From NCBI RefSeq assembly GCF_009914755.1, contig NC_060926.1: a DNA stretch of 64,000 nt, one strand, 5' to 3'. Made by a program: the position numbers and the translations under genes. Positions 15,329 through 30,543 of the stretch are shown here, in pieces (within the stretch, counting starts at the first letter, position 1; each line of letters opens with the position of its first letter). Below the pieces are notes generated by a model, which made no database searches, was not told where the DNA came from, and saw only the letters and a list, made by a program, of their open reading frames with translations. This DNA comes from the human T2T-CHM13v2.0 reference genome, Homo sapiens.

Positions 15329-15486
15329 ATAAAGAAATATATATATATATAAAGAAATGTGTGTATATATATATATAAAGAAATGTATATATATATATAA
15401 AGAAATGTATATATATAAAGAAATGTGTATATATATAAAGAAATATATATATAAAGAAATATATATATAAAGAAATATATATATAT
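15329..15486. repeat. AT-rich minisatellite, 8 units of AAAGAAAT(GT)x(AT)y
   Basis: AAAGAAAT at 15331, 15351, 15377, 15399, 15417, 15437, 15453 and 15469. Confidence 0.9.
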
Positions 15487-18030
15487 GAATCAGAGAAATT
15501 CTGTGAATAAAAGGAATTGGATTGATGAATGTGGTCTTCTGAGTACTGTCAACATGAGTACGTCTCATCTCAAGATGAGATGGCTCTAGCCACTTTCTGT
15601 CCAGGTGTTATTCCATTCAAGATTTGAATTAAAGAAAAGAACATCTGATTAGCAGAGCACTTCCTCTTGGCTAGTGGAGATCGGGGTATCTTGATTGACA
15701 GTCCTCTAAGATTTTACCCAATGAGACATGGGAAGACACCTCAAAGCCAAAACAAAAAAGAGCAATGTCAAAAGAAGGGGTGATAGAGGTTAGGTTGATC
15801 AAACAATATATATGCTTTTAAAAAATCAGTTATTTCAGACTACTTTTAGTTTAATACATTAAAAAGCAAGAAAACAGTTCCTGGTCAGAACAGCAAGGAG
15901 AAAAAACTGATAAATCATTATAATCAGTATAAAATTCTTCTTCCTTTTTGTTGTAATTTGATGGCCTTGAATAAAATTTTGAATCCTTCAGTAGTTAAGT
16001 TTCTTTATGTATAAAGGTGCAGATGAGAGTACTTTGTCATATGAGGCAGTGGTGTTTGGTTGTGGGGAATGGGAGGGAAACAGCAATGAGAATTAATGTG
16101 TTAGCCATTTTATATGTTGTGATTTACTTGGAATATCCCATAATAAAAACATTTTTACTGCTTATAAATAAAATTATACTTTGCCAAGGAGCTATTATAA
16201 TATACTAATTTGTATTCCACTGATAAATTCATCTTTTAATGTATGGATACCTTCAGATTAAATACAGGTTTATTAAAGGCTTTTGTTGATGACAATGTCC
16301 TCAAATATAGCATTTACCACCATTTCCTGACAAATAACTATGTGGTGAAATGGATCCAAATGAACAATATCTAAGTAGATAAATGTTAAGATACTGTAAA
16401 GGAAAGAAACTTCTTTTTTTAAAAAAAAAACAATATTATTGCTAGCTAGAGGTGCTATAGATAGTCATCCATAAAAATAAATGCCAGGTTTGAAAACTAC
16501 AGGATATACCTGTAGAATATCATAAAACTTACAATGAAAAAAAATCCTCCAAACAGATCTTAATATGCCCCTCTTATCTGTTCACTCTATCCTGTAGCTG
16601 TAGTTTTCCAAGTAGGCTACTAAGCGGTCTTTCAAAGATTTATTTTAACAAATGGCTGCTCTGTCTATGCACAAAGAAAATGAAATAACCCTATAATTTT
16701 GTGAATTTTTAAAGGTAAGCTAACAAAAAGATTCCTTTCCTGTTCCTTTGATTCCAAAGAATGGATAGTTGTATATTATTTTCCCTTGGGAGCTCGGTAA
16801 GACAATCTTCCCCTGAGTCTTTATTCAAGTATTTCATATAACAATAGAAGTACAGTGATGGTCAATTTCTTTTAAAATTTTCCATGTATGCTTACTCTAG
16901 AGCAAATTCCACTAGTGCCCTTAAGAGTCTCTAGTGGAATTTATTGAATGTGTGTGTGTGTGTGTGTTTTATATATGTATCTAAAAATAGTTCTTTGGCA
17001 AAAAAATATGTGCTATCAATTTTTTAAAATTACACTGGCTTTTCTAGACTTTATTAACGTATCTCTGGAGCCAGAATTTTATGCTAAGCTTTTTTTAAAA
17101 AAATTTCTATTTGTGGTATATCTATATTCAGTTATAATTGGGGAAAAACCCTCACTTCTGGAGTGCTGATGAATATAGAATTATTTAAGAATTAAGATTA
17201 TTTCAAGAATTATGTTTGGAATAAATCTCTTAAACACAATTCTCAGTATGTGAGCTTATGATATTTATATGAAAACTAAAACCATTTTTCTTGCCAATGG
17301 ATATGAAATTATTGTCCTATTAGACACCTAGACCCTATTTCCTGCAGAAAGGAGCATCATTCATACCATTGCCTAAGCTCAAAGTCCCTGAATTTTCCTT
17401 AACTTCTTTTTCTTAACATATGGACCATTACCAAATGTATCTATTTTGCTTGCAGAATAGGTTCAAAATCTAACCCTTTAGATGAATTGTCTTTAAAAAG
17501 ATTGACTTAATGGTGACAGTTCCATTTTTTAAAATTCTTAATGGGACCTATGGTTCTACCAGCAATTCTCTAGTATTCCAGGAATTCTCAGGATTTTACA
17601 TCTTTGCTGTGACTTTCCTGCTTCTGCCTGGCAAACCCTGATTCATTCTTTAATATTCTATTCAAATAGTACTTTTTCTAATATCACTCCCTCACTTTTT
17701 CTCCCAACTCTATTTTTTAGGCGAAATAAATTCTTTTGTCATCTTTGTAAGAATTATGACAGAAGGTAGGTTTTTTGTGAAACAAAAATGCTTCTTATGG
17801 AAGTTATATTTGCTTTCCGTTGTACATTGATGTGTTACAGAATGGCTTAGTACTTAGCACTGTAGTTTGCTGAGTATTTATAGTACCTCTGCTAGTATCA
17901 AATTAACCTAACAAACAATGAAGTTTTATAATAATTAATAAAAACCATAAGTTTGTTCCTATAAGTAAATATTTTATATGTCTTAATTATGGAGAAAAGT
18001 TCAAGGTAAATTTTAAGTTAAAAAAGCAGA

Positions 18031-18042
18031 ATATATATATAC

Positions 18043-18082
<40 letters not shown>

Positions 18083-18115
18083 GGCCAGAATTGTTATATC
18101 TAACTTCACAAAGTG

Positions 18116-18148
<33 letters not shown>
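18031..18148. repeat. Two (TA)n tracts
   Basis: Interrupted (TA)n at 18031-18082 and (TA)n at ~18120-18148. Confidence 0.9.
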
Positions 18149-18151
<3 letters not shown>

Positions 18152-21100
18152 TACTTTATTTGTACATATAAACTCAAGTAGATATATTTGTGTTTATATA
18201 TATTTTCAAATACATTTACACAGAAGAAACTGAGAGGAAATATAGGTACTTACTTTTATTAACCCAAATTAGCTTATTTTTAAAATGTCATTAAATCTAA
18301 ATATACCTAACTAGGGTATTTTGAGAATAAAACGTTCTTATTTGACTGAATTATCTTTCTTCAGACAGGAGATATCAGAGTTTTGCAAACACTGTGCTAT
18401 ATTTTTATAATAAACCAATCTAGGAAATTGGAATGTAGGAGTTTAATGGTTGCTATATTATGTAGTTTGTGAAATAATGAAAGTGAGGGTAATCAATGTG
18501 AAAAACTGCATATATAAAATTAGAAACAGATGCTAATAAACAGGTGGTTGAACAAAAAATACTATGGTACTGGTTCAGCACGCTTGTGCTGAGGAAACAT
18601 CTGGATGTGGGTGTTTTACTCCAAAGCTAGAACTTGCTAACAAGAAATAAAAACAAGAAATTTCTTGAGTGAATAGAGTGAATCAAAAAGTGATTTTCAA
18701 GATGATCTTTAAGTCTATATTGCTTTTGAATGTCTATAGAGTAATGAGGCTGATTCACATGCAGGAAAATATGTCGATAACAAATATCATAAATAGAGCA
18801 CACGTGCACATACAACTAAGTTTGTTTTGTAGCACACCCAGTGTTTTGAAAAATATTAAAGTAATATTTCTAATTTCTATTACCCAGTATTCGAAGCTGA
18901 ATTTCCTTACAAAAACATTTTGATGATTTTTATCAGAAAGAAACATATTTTGAAAATGTATCCTTCTGAAAATCTTCCTAGAAGTGTTTATTATATATAG
19001 TATGCATGCAAATAATATATAGTTTATTATATATAGCGTGTAAATAAAAGCCCAGTTGTTACCGTCATTTAGTAGAAAGCTTATACAATTTTCTTTTGAC
19101 GTATGAACATTTCTTTTGCAAACTAAGATGACCCACTCTACAATCTACAATCACTATAAAACTACAATACCTGAGTAATGAAAATATTGCCAAACTCTAA
19201 TCACTTCTCTACTTTTAGAAATATTTAGTAACACAAAATTTAAGTGTATAAAACCAAAACAAAATCATCTAGCCTGTAGGAATTTGTTGCAATAGTATTT
19301 GTTTTTCACCATTTGCCAAATTAGAAAAGCTGGACCTGTGATCTAAAAGATCCAATTCTCTGGTCAATTTTTTTATAGCCTGCATTGTTTCCATTGAGTT
19401 TTATGCTATCAGTTGGTATAATTTTTTTTTTCTGTTTGGCCATAATATTGTAAGCATACGAAATGGGCAATATGTCAGGAATAATTAGGCACTGTGGTGC
19501 TGAAACCCCAGCGTATATACTGCTTCTTTTATAGAAGAAACCAGTTACCTGTAGTCTTGTCAGTTTAACTTAGCAAAGACCATCTGTTTGCAGCCACCTC
19601 TTTTCTCAGAGGAGCATTCCCTCTTCCACAAAGAATTGCTCCATGAAGTCAAAAACACTTTTCTCTACAAAATGGTCTCTCCTGTCTTCATTTCTTTCTG
19701 TTTTCTAAACTGGGTTGCTTTTTAGAGAATCAGCAAATGTGGCACTAGATAACTTAAGAGGTGAAATAAAATGAATCCGATAGACAGTGCTCTCAATAGA
19801 ATAGATATGAATGTGCTTAGATAAATGTATGGCTACAGGAGGCTTTCTTGTGGACAATAACTATCCAAAAATATTTACATGTATTTGTGAGTCTAGGTTT
19901 ATTTGCAACAGTAAGCCAACTGGTATTTGTCAATTACATTTAAATTTAAATTTAATTTCAAATCATACTGAACATTATGAGTGGAAAATAAATGGTTTTA
20001 TGTGCTTAGAATTTAACAGTTTATATGTAATATTATGTTTTGGAAAAACATGTAAATGGTGTTAGAATAGTTCAGCTATTACTAAGCCATTCTGGGTTAG
20101 CAGTTATTCAGGAAAAGACTGTCAATTTTATATAAAACCTCTTAGATAAATAGTATGGGTATATGCGAAATTACACAGATAAATAATATTCTGCATCTTT
20201 CATCCCTCCTTCCCATTTCATGACAAACTACTGTTTTACTAAATATGACAATGTATATTTTAAAACCACCAGAAATTATAATACCTATATTTCCTGCAAC
20301 TGGGGAGTAATTCAGAGGGAAACTGGGAACTTACCCAGTGGTGTATGCTTGAGTTTATATGTTTTATACATATGTTGAGGGAAGAATGCGGCAAGCCTGA
20401 CATTTCTGCATATTTCATGGTATTTAGGGAATTTGTCCAGAGCAGAGTGGAAATTTTTTGTTCTAGCCCTCTTTGTTCATATGTTGCCACAGTGATCTAT
20501 GAGTTAACAATTAATGGCTGTGATATTTCAGTGCAAAAGGACAGTTGATCATCAAAATAACTCAGATATATAGTCCTGTTATAATCATTAGAATAGTATT
20601 TAGTATCCAAGTATTTCCAAAATAAATTCAATAAGCTATAAATAGATAATAATTTCCATCTTATTTAATTACCAACAAACTTTTTCTTTGTAGTCAGTAT
20701 TCATCCTTCCTTTAAATGACAAGTAAAAACAAGGTAGCATTCAGGAAAGCAATATGCACTGCACTGATACAGAATAATCACCAAAGTAAGAAAAAGGATG
20801 TATACTTGGAGTTAAGACACCTAGACACATATTTTTATAATTAAGTGCAAATTGTAAATTATTTCTTTGCAGTATGGGCTCTGATAGTGGTTCCAGGATT
20901 AGATTTTTCTTATACCTAAAGAATATTTTCGGAATAATTAACAACTCATATTGAATCTGAAAGTTCTCACATTGGGCTAGATGCAACGTGACCTTTAATC
21001 TTTACCTAGTTTAAACTCATGCCAAACCAACCTGGGATCATTTTGGGCCTTGAGTGGATTTTATTACAAACTTCTGTTGTCTCTCAGTTAAAGTTGCCCC

Positions 21101-23469
21101 CGATTGGTTTAGTTTTCAGTTTTATTAAAGATAGTTATTATGTACCATCCAAAAGTAAACAAGACTTCTGGGTAATTTTACTTAGCATAGTTTGTTTTCC
21201 AAATAAATTTAGAAATAATTTTATAAAAATGACATAAATATTGCTTGAAAGGCATTAAATTAGCAATAGTCAGAACATAGCTTAACAGAGAACATCTGAG
21301 AAGAAAGAGAAGCAATAAATGTGAGTAGATGTAACAAAGGAATATCTAACATGAGAAATGTGATTTTTATATTTTCAATTTGTGTCCCTCTCTGCCTAGT
21401 ACTAACAGACAGAAATAAGAACTGCACATGATGTAATGAACAGAGAAAAGGGAAGTCATACTTCTTGGCTAAAGGAATGGTACAAAATAGAGGCCTCTAA
21501 CTTGACATGACAGAAAGTATGATGGGATTTTCAAGGCATCCCAAGGCATCCCAGGGGAGCTTTAGACGTAGCTTCCTATCTTATAAGCAGTCCTTTTTCT
21601 CACTGCCTGCCTCTGCTGGCCACCAATTCTATATATGAACACCATGAAGAAACATAATGAGGGCACATGTAAAATCTGCTCCACTCACAGATATTCTCTA
21701 TCCAGGGTGCAAGCTTTGCTAGAGGCCGTCTCTCTCTAAATCCTTTTTCTTCTTTTCTTCCTCCACTCTTACTGCATTCTTTACACATCTAAGTTTAAAT
21801 TCCATAAAGCAAAGAGTCTTGCAATTCTCTGCCATTGTCACTTCCATAAGATGTAAAATTGTATATTTTAGCCCAGCAAGTACCCAGTAGTCAAGTAGAT
21901 GTGTTTAATTTTTACATTAAAATGTAAACAATAGGAAAAAGACGATTTGACCTAGTCAAAGTTGTGGTTGAAAGGCTATCTACCATGCCTCTTGCATCAC
22001 AGTGACTTAAAGTGCTTTTCTAGATGGCCTCTAGGCATCACAACTGCATGCTGTTAAATTCAGCCACCACCAGCACACACATACTCTTCATACACGTACA
22101 AACTCATTGAGAACAGAAAATGCAACAGTGATTTAAAGCCCTATGTTATCTAAAAAGCTTCATGGTCTTTAATCTTTTAAATGTTTTCTACTTGATCATG
22201 GAATAAAATGAACTGACAGTTTATCTCTTTCTTCTCTCTACCTTTTGCTGGAGATTTAAATATATATACATATATATATTGTACATGTATATATATAACA
22301 AAAGAAGGGAAAGTAATAAAATCAAAGATCCTAGAAATATTCCATACCAGATAACAAGCTCTGTTGTTATCAGTTTGTTTATTTTATTATTCTTATAAGT
22401 TTGAGACTCTGGGTAATCAGTTTTCTTGATTTTAAAACTAAATATACCAATGCCTCTAGTAGTACACTGGATATTCTTAAATACCGTCTATGCCTTTTCA
22501 AAGTATATAGTCTAAAATTGATGTGAATAATGAACAGATGGACTAATATGTGCGTTACACAACTAAGATTAAAAAGTAACAGCCAGTCTCACAATTGTTT
22601 CTTCTGTCCAATATAAATGCTACAAGATTATAGACATGTACCTTAGGTAAATGTATTTTATAATAGGGATGAAAAGGACTGCAAATCTTTAAGTCAAAGT
22701 TAGTTGCTTTTTGTTTCTTTGTTTACCTTTAATCCTTTCATGGCTGTTACCTGATGAGTAAGCCAGGAAGCTAGAGATATACAAGATATATAAATATTAA
22801 TGTTATAAATTGGGATAAAGACCAAAATAATTGCTCCAGTAGATTCTGTGGTTTTTATACTTGCTCTGTATTTTAGCAATTGTAAGAAACGATCTCCTTA
22901 CAAGGTGCCAGAATCATGTCACTTTATTGTACATAAATATCAGATCACATTGCTCAGATTTTTTCCAAACTTCAGAAAAATTTTGAAAAAAATAATATGA
23001 CATACACTTTAAATTTTATTTTATTACTGTGGCCATCAATTATGTGCTTCTTATATCCCAATTATAAGGAACTCTAGAAGAGGTCATAGCGATGAAGTGC
23101 CTGGCATATAGTAAATACACAAATACTTGTTAGAGGAATCAATGACTCTAACCATTGGTTATTTTCCTAATACAGTAAATTAGTGATAATCTCCAGTTTC
23201 ATTATTCTTCCTCTTTTAAAAATATTCCTTTGTATACCTAAATGTACCATCCCTATTTGAATTACTGCCCGCTTCCCTCACTTTGAAAATCCATACATCT
23301 ACTACATATTTTTCTATTTGTGGTTATCTGAACTCAGACTTAACCTGAAGCAGATCCATTTCTGTCCCCATATCATGCCTAAATTTACTTCTTGAGATTA
23401 CTATGCCCTATTATAGATAGACTTTCACTCAGGGACAAAGAGGAGAATTACTGGTGAAGAGAAGCTTTA

Positions 23470-23800
23470 AAAATAGGGGCTATTTTTCTTAGATAACAAG
23501 GATTCTGGAGACAAGAGCTACTATTATTGGTGTGAAGGCTCAATGACATCAGGGTGTACACCTCTGCAAGTCTCTCGGCCCTTTTACTCTCAGCTAAAAT
23601 GTGGCTACTATGGCTCTCAGCTTGTTCAAGTCAGGAAAAGGAGTGAAGTGGCTCATTTTTCTTCAATAAAGAAAGCAGAAGCTCTTCCAGAAAAACCATA
23701 ACACACTTTTGTTTATACCTAATTGGCTTGAACTTTGTTACATGGCAAACCATGATGAAAGGGAAGCAGGGACAAGGGTGCTGGAGATAGGTCAGCCCTA
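23470..23800. mobile_element. Old MLT1 (MaLR) LTR fragment
   Basis: ggctcaatgacatcagg, aaagcagaagctcttccagaa, aattggcttgaactttgttacatggc motifs. Confidence 0.45.
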
Positions 23801-25269
23801 TCACTCCTGTCTCATTTTAGCTCAGCTTAGAAACCTGTCCTGGCTGATAATATTTTCGTCATCTGTGTAGTCCAAACTTGCAGTGAGAGCCTGCTTGTCT
23901 TTTCCTCAAATGTGCTTTTATGAAGACCAATGAAAGGCTTCACCGAAGCCTCCGTGTATAGATTACCCCATCTGAGATTATAAAGAAGCAATCACAAGTG
24001 GTTGAGGCAAATTTAAGCTCCATACAGGATAAGTACATATCTTAAAACATTTGGGGGTTTTGACATAAATCTTGACTCATTATCTCAATACCATTTAGGT
24101 CCATGCTATTCTAACTGTGGTCTTTACTATACATGTATTTATAGTACACATTCTAAATGTTTATTTTCAATTTATATACTTATCATGGACCATTAACAAA
24201 GAGTTGGCAAACCAGAGCCAGTTTGCCAACCATATATCATATGAAATAAATATGCTTATAGTCTGATATTTTTGTTCTTCACTGACATGTGGTAAACATC
24301 TCTCTGCATTTCTTGTTTCTTTTGTTTGTCATTTTGATGATAAAATGCATAATTCTTGGTATACCATTTAAATAAAATTTTATTATAATTATTGGATATT
24401 AAAACTCACCAAGGATTATTTGTGTCATATAAATGTAAAGTTAGTTGAAAGCTTTTCAAGCTTTATTAGTAATACTAACAGCCACTCATCCCAACTATAG
24501 TGTCTCTATAATTGCCAATTTTTACTAGTTTACTTTTAATGTAATTGGGTTAGCTAGGCTCACTCATAAAATATTAATGTTTACACTGATTTGTTTTGCT
24601 TTAAATGACAGCAAAAAAAAGACATTTCTTTTGTCACCCCACAACATTCTCAGGGAGAACTGTGGTACGTTATGAGGCTAACTATTGCTTGAATATTACC
24701 TGTGCATTACTTAAGGGGGAATCTGCAAACAGTTTCAGGGCCAAAAACAAAAGGTCATAATTTGATAAAAATCTTATTGCCTGATAGCTCGCAGACATCT
24801 GTCAGCAGTTTTGGTTTCTTTTAAAGGGCAGCACATGGCTGACTGATCTCATAGTAGGATTTATAAGTATAATTATTGCCATATAATTCAACAAATCACT
24901 TTTATCACTGAAAACTTAAAGCTTTCCAATTTTTGCTTTTTAGCCATTTAAATTTTAGGGAAATAGTCTTCTGTCCAATAAATTTTAATTTCAAAATAAA
25001 GTCTTCACTAAAATTTAAGTAGTTTAATGACAAAATAGAAATGAAAATTTTGTCTTTAAAAATTTTTTTTTTGCTTTTGCATTTAGAATATTCTATGGAT
25101 ATAAAAATATAGCAGCTGGGCCTTTTAGGATTACATTGATTATTAATCTCAATAATCAGTTGTCCTTATTAACATTCATAATTAACATGCATAGCTTATT
25201 GACAAAGGTAATTTGCTTGCATGAAAAAAATAGGCTTATTTGCAGAGGCTGAAAAATGCTTTGAAAAGT

Positions 25270-25465
25270 GCTCGTTCTAGAGGCTCACTGCTTTCTAAGC
25301 ACACTCCACTGTAATCTAACATAGACAATTCAAGAAAATAACCTTTCTGAGCTTGGGTCTACCTATCTCATAAGGTTATTATATGCATAAAATGAGACAT
25401 TTTATGTAAATCAGTGAACACAATTCCTACCACATAATATGCACCTGATAATTTATGGTTATTGT
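25270..25465 (+). mobile_element. MIR (degenerate)
   Basis: aacctttctgagcttggg...ctcataaggttattatatgcataaaatgag...atgtaaa. Confidence 0.5.
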
Positions 25466-25999
25466 ACAGAAGCTTATTTCTTAGTTACTGGGTAGAAGCA
25501 GTTTGTGTTTGGAAATGAGAATACTAATTTGGACCAAAATAAGAAACAGAATAAAATATATTCGCATAAATAGATATACCTGTCTTAAATGTCCCTGAAA
25601 GAATTCCTATGTGATAAAAAAAAAAGTCTACAGAATGATGATGAGATAAACTGCACATCAAGAAAACTAGAGAAATTACAAAGAGGTATTTTTTTAAACA
25701 TTAAACAGTTACATGAATGTATTTTTTAAATTTCGAAGAATGGACAACTGTACATAAACTGGAGTGATGTGAGAAGGTGTCACAGAGCAAGCAAAACTTG
25801 CAGGCCAGACAGAGACAGAATTATTGGAGACCTGTCCAAGTGTGCCTGCGTAGTCTGTGACAAAGGGGCAAAGGCTAAATGGAACAGATGTATGGTCATG
25901 TGGAGACCAGAGAGCAGATGGACCTGACCACTATATCCAAAGCAGCCCCACAATACACACCCAACAAGATATGCCCTTTTAGCCTTTCATCCTGTTTGT

Positions 26000-26200
26000 T
26001 TCCTTTATATCATGTTTCACAATCCATACTCATCTTGTTTTTCTATTCCTTTAACTGTTAGCAACCTATCTCCCCCACTATAATGTAAGTTCTGTTAGGG
26101 CAGAGTCCTTGTTTGTCTTCTACAGCACTCTGTTCATAAATACCCAGCACTGTACCAGGCATAAAATAAAATAATGTTCAAAAAATAAAAGTTGAATTGA
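26000..26200 (+). mobile_element. L2 3' end
   Basis: tctcccccactataatgtaagttctgttagggcagagtccttgtttgtc...cccagcactgtaccaggcat...gttgaattga. Confidence 0.7.
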
Positions 26201-26794
26201 TAACAAAGAATATGAGCTGAAAATTAAATGATTCTTTCAACAAGCATTACTGGATAAACTGGGGAATTATATTGTCAAGTATTAAAAGAATTCCCTGACA
26301 CCTTCACCCTACCACATTGTCTTCCACCACAGAACTGTGTTGAATAAGCTCCCCACTGCCACAGGAGGAGTCTCATAGCTCACAGTGAAGCTGGAGTATA
26401 AAGCATAAGATTGTCACCTCTGAAGTTAAAATGCATGGTCCAGGTATATGAAGGAAAGATTTATGAGAATCTAATTACTCTGAGTTTTTCCTTCTTCTAA
26501 GCAAATAAAGACTCCATGGGCAGGGGCAGGAGAGAGGGGAAGATGAAAGTCATTGGGGCTTGAGAAGAATGAGGAGTGAAGATGATGAAATTATTTAGTA
26601 AAATGTAGGAAAAATTGTACGTCCAGAGAATTAGAAGAGTTACAGATGAATCTGTAGAATCTGGATGAATAACCATGGCTGAGAACCATACAGCTTCCCC
26701 CTCCTTCCACTGAAATAACATGACATAAGTGTTCTGGAGCATACATGTCACTCCAAAGAGAAGGAATAGATGGAGGTAATGAATACTAACCTGA

Positions 26795-27190
<396 letters not shown>

Positions 27191-30100
27191 TGCAAGTAGT
27201 TTCAACAGGAGGGATAAATAGAAGCTTTCAAAGTTTACACTTGAGGAACCACTATGGTAGGACACTATATGGGCGTACTCTCATTTGCAAAAATAGTTAT
27301 ACGTTAAGTGTAAGTACATACACCAATATATATCCCCACACACACACACACACAAAGTTCCGGTATATTCCTGTTTTAATCCATAGTAATCTCTTGTTTC
27401 AAATACTTCTCAATTATTCTTTCACTTTTGTCTAGGTGCTTCATAGGTGAGAGGTACTATGCTATGTGTTACCTAGCAATATTTTATATGGGCAAGTTGA
27501 TGTAAATCAATTCAAAAAGGGAAAGTAAAATCTTGGCAAACAAATGTTTTCCTTAGCTATGATTATTAAATCTAAGTACTCATTCATCTACCCATTAATT
27601 CATTCAAAAAGAATTGTCCCTTTTATCAGAAAGCAAGAGTTTTTCTACATTTTATTAGCAATTAAACTAACATCTTACTGGCCCATATGAACAATATCAT
27701 CTCCCCTAGCTTGAACGGAAGCTGAGAAACAGGCTTTTTCATCCACTGTAGCAGAAGACAGCAAGGAAGAAAAAGTCTGGGAATTAGTCATGTAAACAAT
27801 AATGTCTGCCATAACAAACCTCAGGTTAAGACAAATCCGCCTAACCAAATCTTGGCTATCTAAGCTGTCCAGTTTTTCAGGTTACTCTTATAACTCCATA
27901 TCGCTTAACCTTTTTTTTTTTCTGGTCAGAGGAAAGGATGAAATGAGGAAGAAAAAAAAATGTAAACAAAATGAAATAGGCTCCAAACTTTCGGACAAAG
28001 TAGTACTTTGAGCTATTCTCTCTAGCCATACCTCTTCTCCTTTAATATCAAAATGCACTACTATTTAAGCGATTTTTGTATTGGATGGACCTTGAGAACA
28101 TATGACTTTAAATGCTGACGGTTTATTGCAGCAGTTCCATCCAGAACCATAAGAAGCCCAAGTTATGAGAAACTGGGATAGATAGGTCAGAGTGTCTGCC
28201 CCTCCTCTGCCCATATCATCCCTTTCTTTGCATATCCACTTCTCCCTGGATACCCACATCTCATGTAGCTCAATCTCTCACTTGACCATGTGAGATTCAT
28301 TTGCCAAGGCTAGAATGAAAGTCTACAAAGGAAATTCAAAAGGCATTGCCAATAAAGGACTAGTTAGGCCATTAAGTATATTTGAAAGTGTAATGAGGAT
28401 CTAAAGGGAAATTTTGTCTTATTGCATACAGTCTCTCAAAGATGTTGTATATACATTCCACACATTTATAAAGCAAGTACCATTTGCCAAGCACTGTATT
28501 ACAAAGTATGTGTCACCTGCACTTAATCTTTGTTTATGCACAATCATAGTGCAGTGTCTGAAAATTACATTTAGATCTGATTCTTCAAACCATAAATTAA
28601 AATAATTGAAATTCCATAGTTTAGAATAAAAGGGACTTATTAAACTAAATATCTGGATCTATTTCTCTGTATTTCAAAACCAAACATTCTTTGGTACCTA
28701 ATCCACATAGAGTATTTCTTCATATCCATAAAAATGCAAACTCTTTGCAAATGCAATTGCTCAGTCTTCAGAGGTGAGATATCTTTACTTCTAAGTCTCT
28801 TCCTATCCTTATATTTACCTGCTGTGGTTCTGAATACTAATTTTAGGAATTCTTTTGATATTACACTGAACTGCTATTTTTCAAATTTGAAAATCTCTGT
28901 TACTGCAATTACTTCCACACTTCTTAAGCAACACATCTATTTTTTAACTCATCCTTTACTCATAGCAGTCATCAACTAATTTGATGATAATCACTTACTG
29001 ATTCAAGTGTGGGGTCCTGCATCCCTTTCTGTGCTTCATTTATAGCAAGGTGTGTCAGTCTGGGTGTGATTTAGGAGGAAACAGGTAACATTTTATACAT
29101 AGCAACATCTCTTGTCCAGGAAAGACCTCAACTCTTTACAAAGGAATCGTGGTCTTTTTACCTTTTAGTTGGGTGAATGTTCACTTTCAGAACTAACAAA
29201 TCCATTTGTATAAGTATGTTGTATTGCATAGATTTGTGCAGTACTTCTCAAAATGATTGTGAGACTCCTGTAAGCTTTTGGCGAATGACAGACTCACAAC
29301 ATCTGATGTTAAATTAACATCATAAAGCAGAATTTGCATCTGGCCACCAGGCCTTTAGTCATCAAACTAGCAAATGGAACTAATGTGGAATAATAATGAG
29401 AGAGCTGGCTTTTGAGAACAGAAGACTAAAGGGGAATTTTAGGAAACATGCAGTTCACATTAAAAAAAAAATCACCAAAGCTATTAAACACTGAATGCAT
29501 CTTATTTTTCATGTCAGCTAGGTTTATCATTGTCTCTGCCAGGACATTCATGATTTTTCTGCTGCAAGTAATGTTGAGAAGTTTTTGATAACCATTTTAA
29601 ATGCCAGTCAGGTAAACAGTCTTCTTTTCTCTGGACAAAGCTCTATGTACCTGTGCATTTTGCATATTTTAAAATAAGGGCTTGAATTGGGAGAATTTTT
29701 CAAGACTACAGTGAAATGTGATCCTAGGAGACTATCACCAAAGCAGCAAATGCTAAACATGATTTTTTTTTGTATTGAATGCATAAACACCTTTTTTTTT
29801 GCATTTTTCTCCATGATATTTTGATAGAACTATTGAAAATACTCTAGGGAAGAGAAAAGTTTTTAAGAGGTGCTTTTAAAAAATCAACTTAATTATATAG
29901 TTAAGTCCTTTATTTGTAAATTAATTTATGTAATTCAAGTAGATATATGTGCTTCTTTACCAAAAACTGAGCTCCTATAGATTATATTTTGCATCATCAA
30001 AATTATCAACAATCCCCTTTAACAACTAGTAAATGCCACCTGAAATTTTCCGAAATTGGGATCATACAGTTGGAAAAAAATTGAATGAATAAAAATTTTA

Positions 30101-30543
30101 ATTGACTGAACCAGTCTCCAGAATGAACATCCTACTCTGAAATTATCTTCCAGTTTCCTGTTTTGCACTATCAAACTCTGTCTTATCTCTTTCCTTTTTC
30201 TCTTTTTACCTTGATGCATGCATATAGACATATGTAGCCACACACCTGTCACTCTCTACACAGTCATACTACAATGTTACTAGAATATGCTCCACGTCTT
30301 TCGTCTGTGTCTGCCTCAATACTGGTAATCTCTCCCCTCCTCCTGGCATTACTCTTGGAGTGAAAGGTAGTTGACTAAGATTAAAAGGGAATATGAGTGG
30401 GACCTTTACAAGCTTCCTCTCCTCCCTACTTGCCAGATTGTGTTGTTTGCTTTGGAATTTATATAGGAGAAATAATTTGAAAATTTTTGAGCAGTGCACT
30501 TCAATTTTCTTCTTCATGTATGCCCCCAAATTTTGAAAACGAA

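Noticed and set aside
19549-19664. Possible minus-strand exon with a CAG|GTAACT donor
   Set aside because: Stops in all three frames and a weak acceptor; cannot be supported without transcript data
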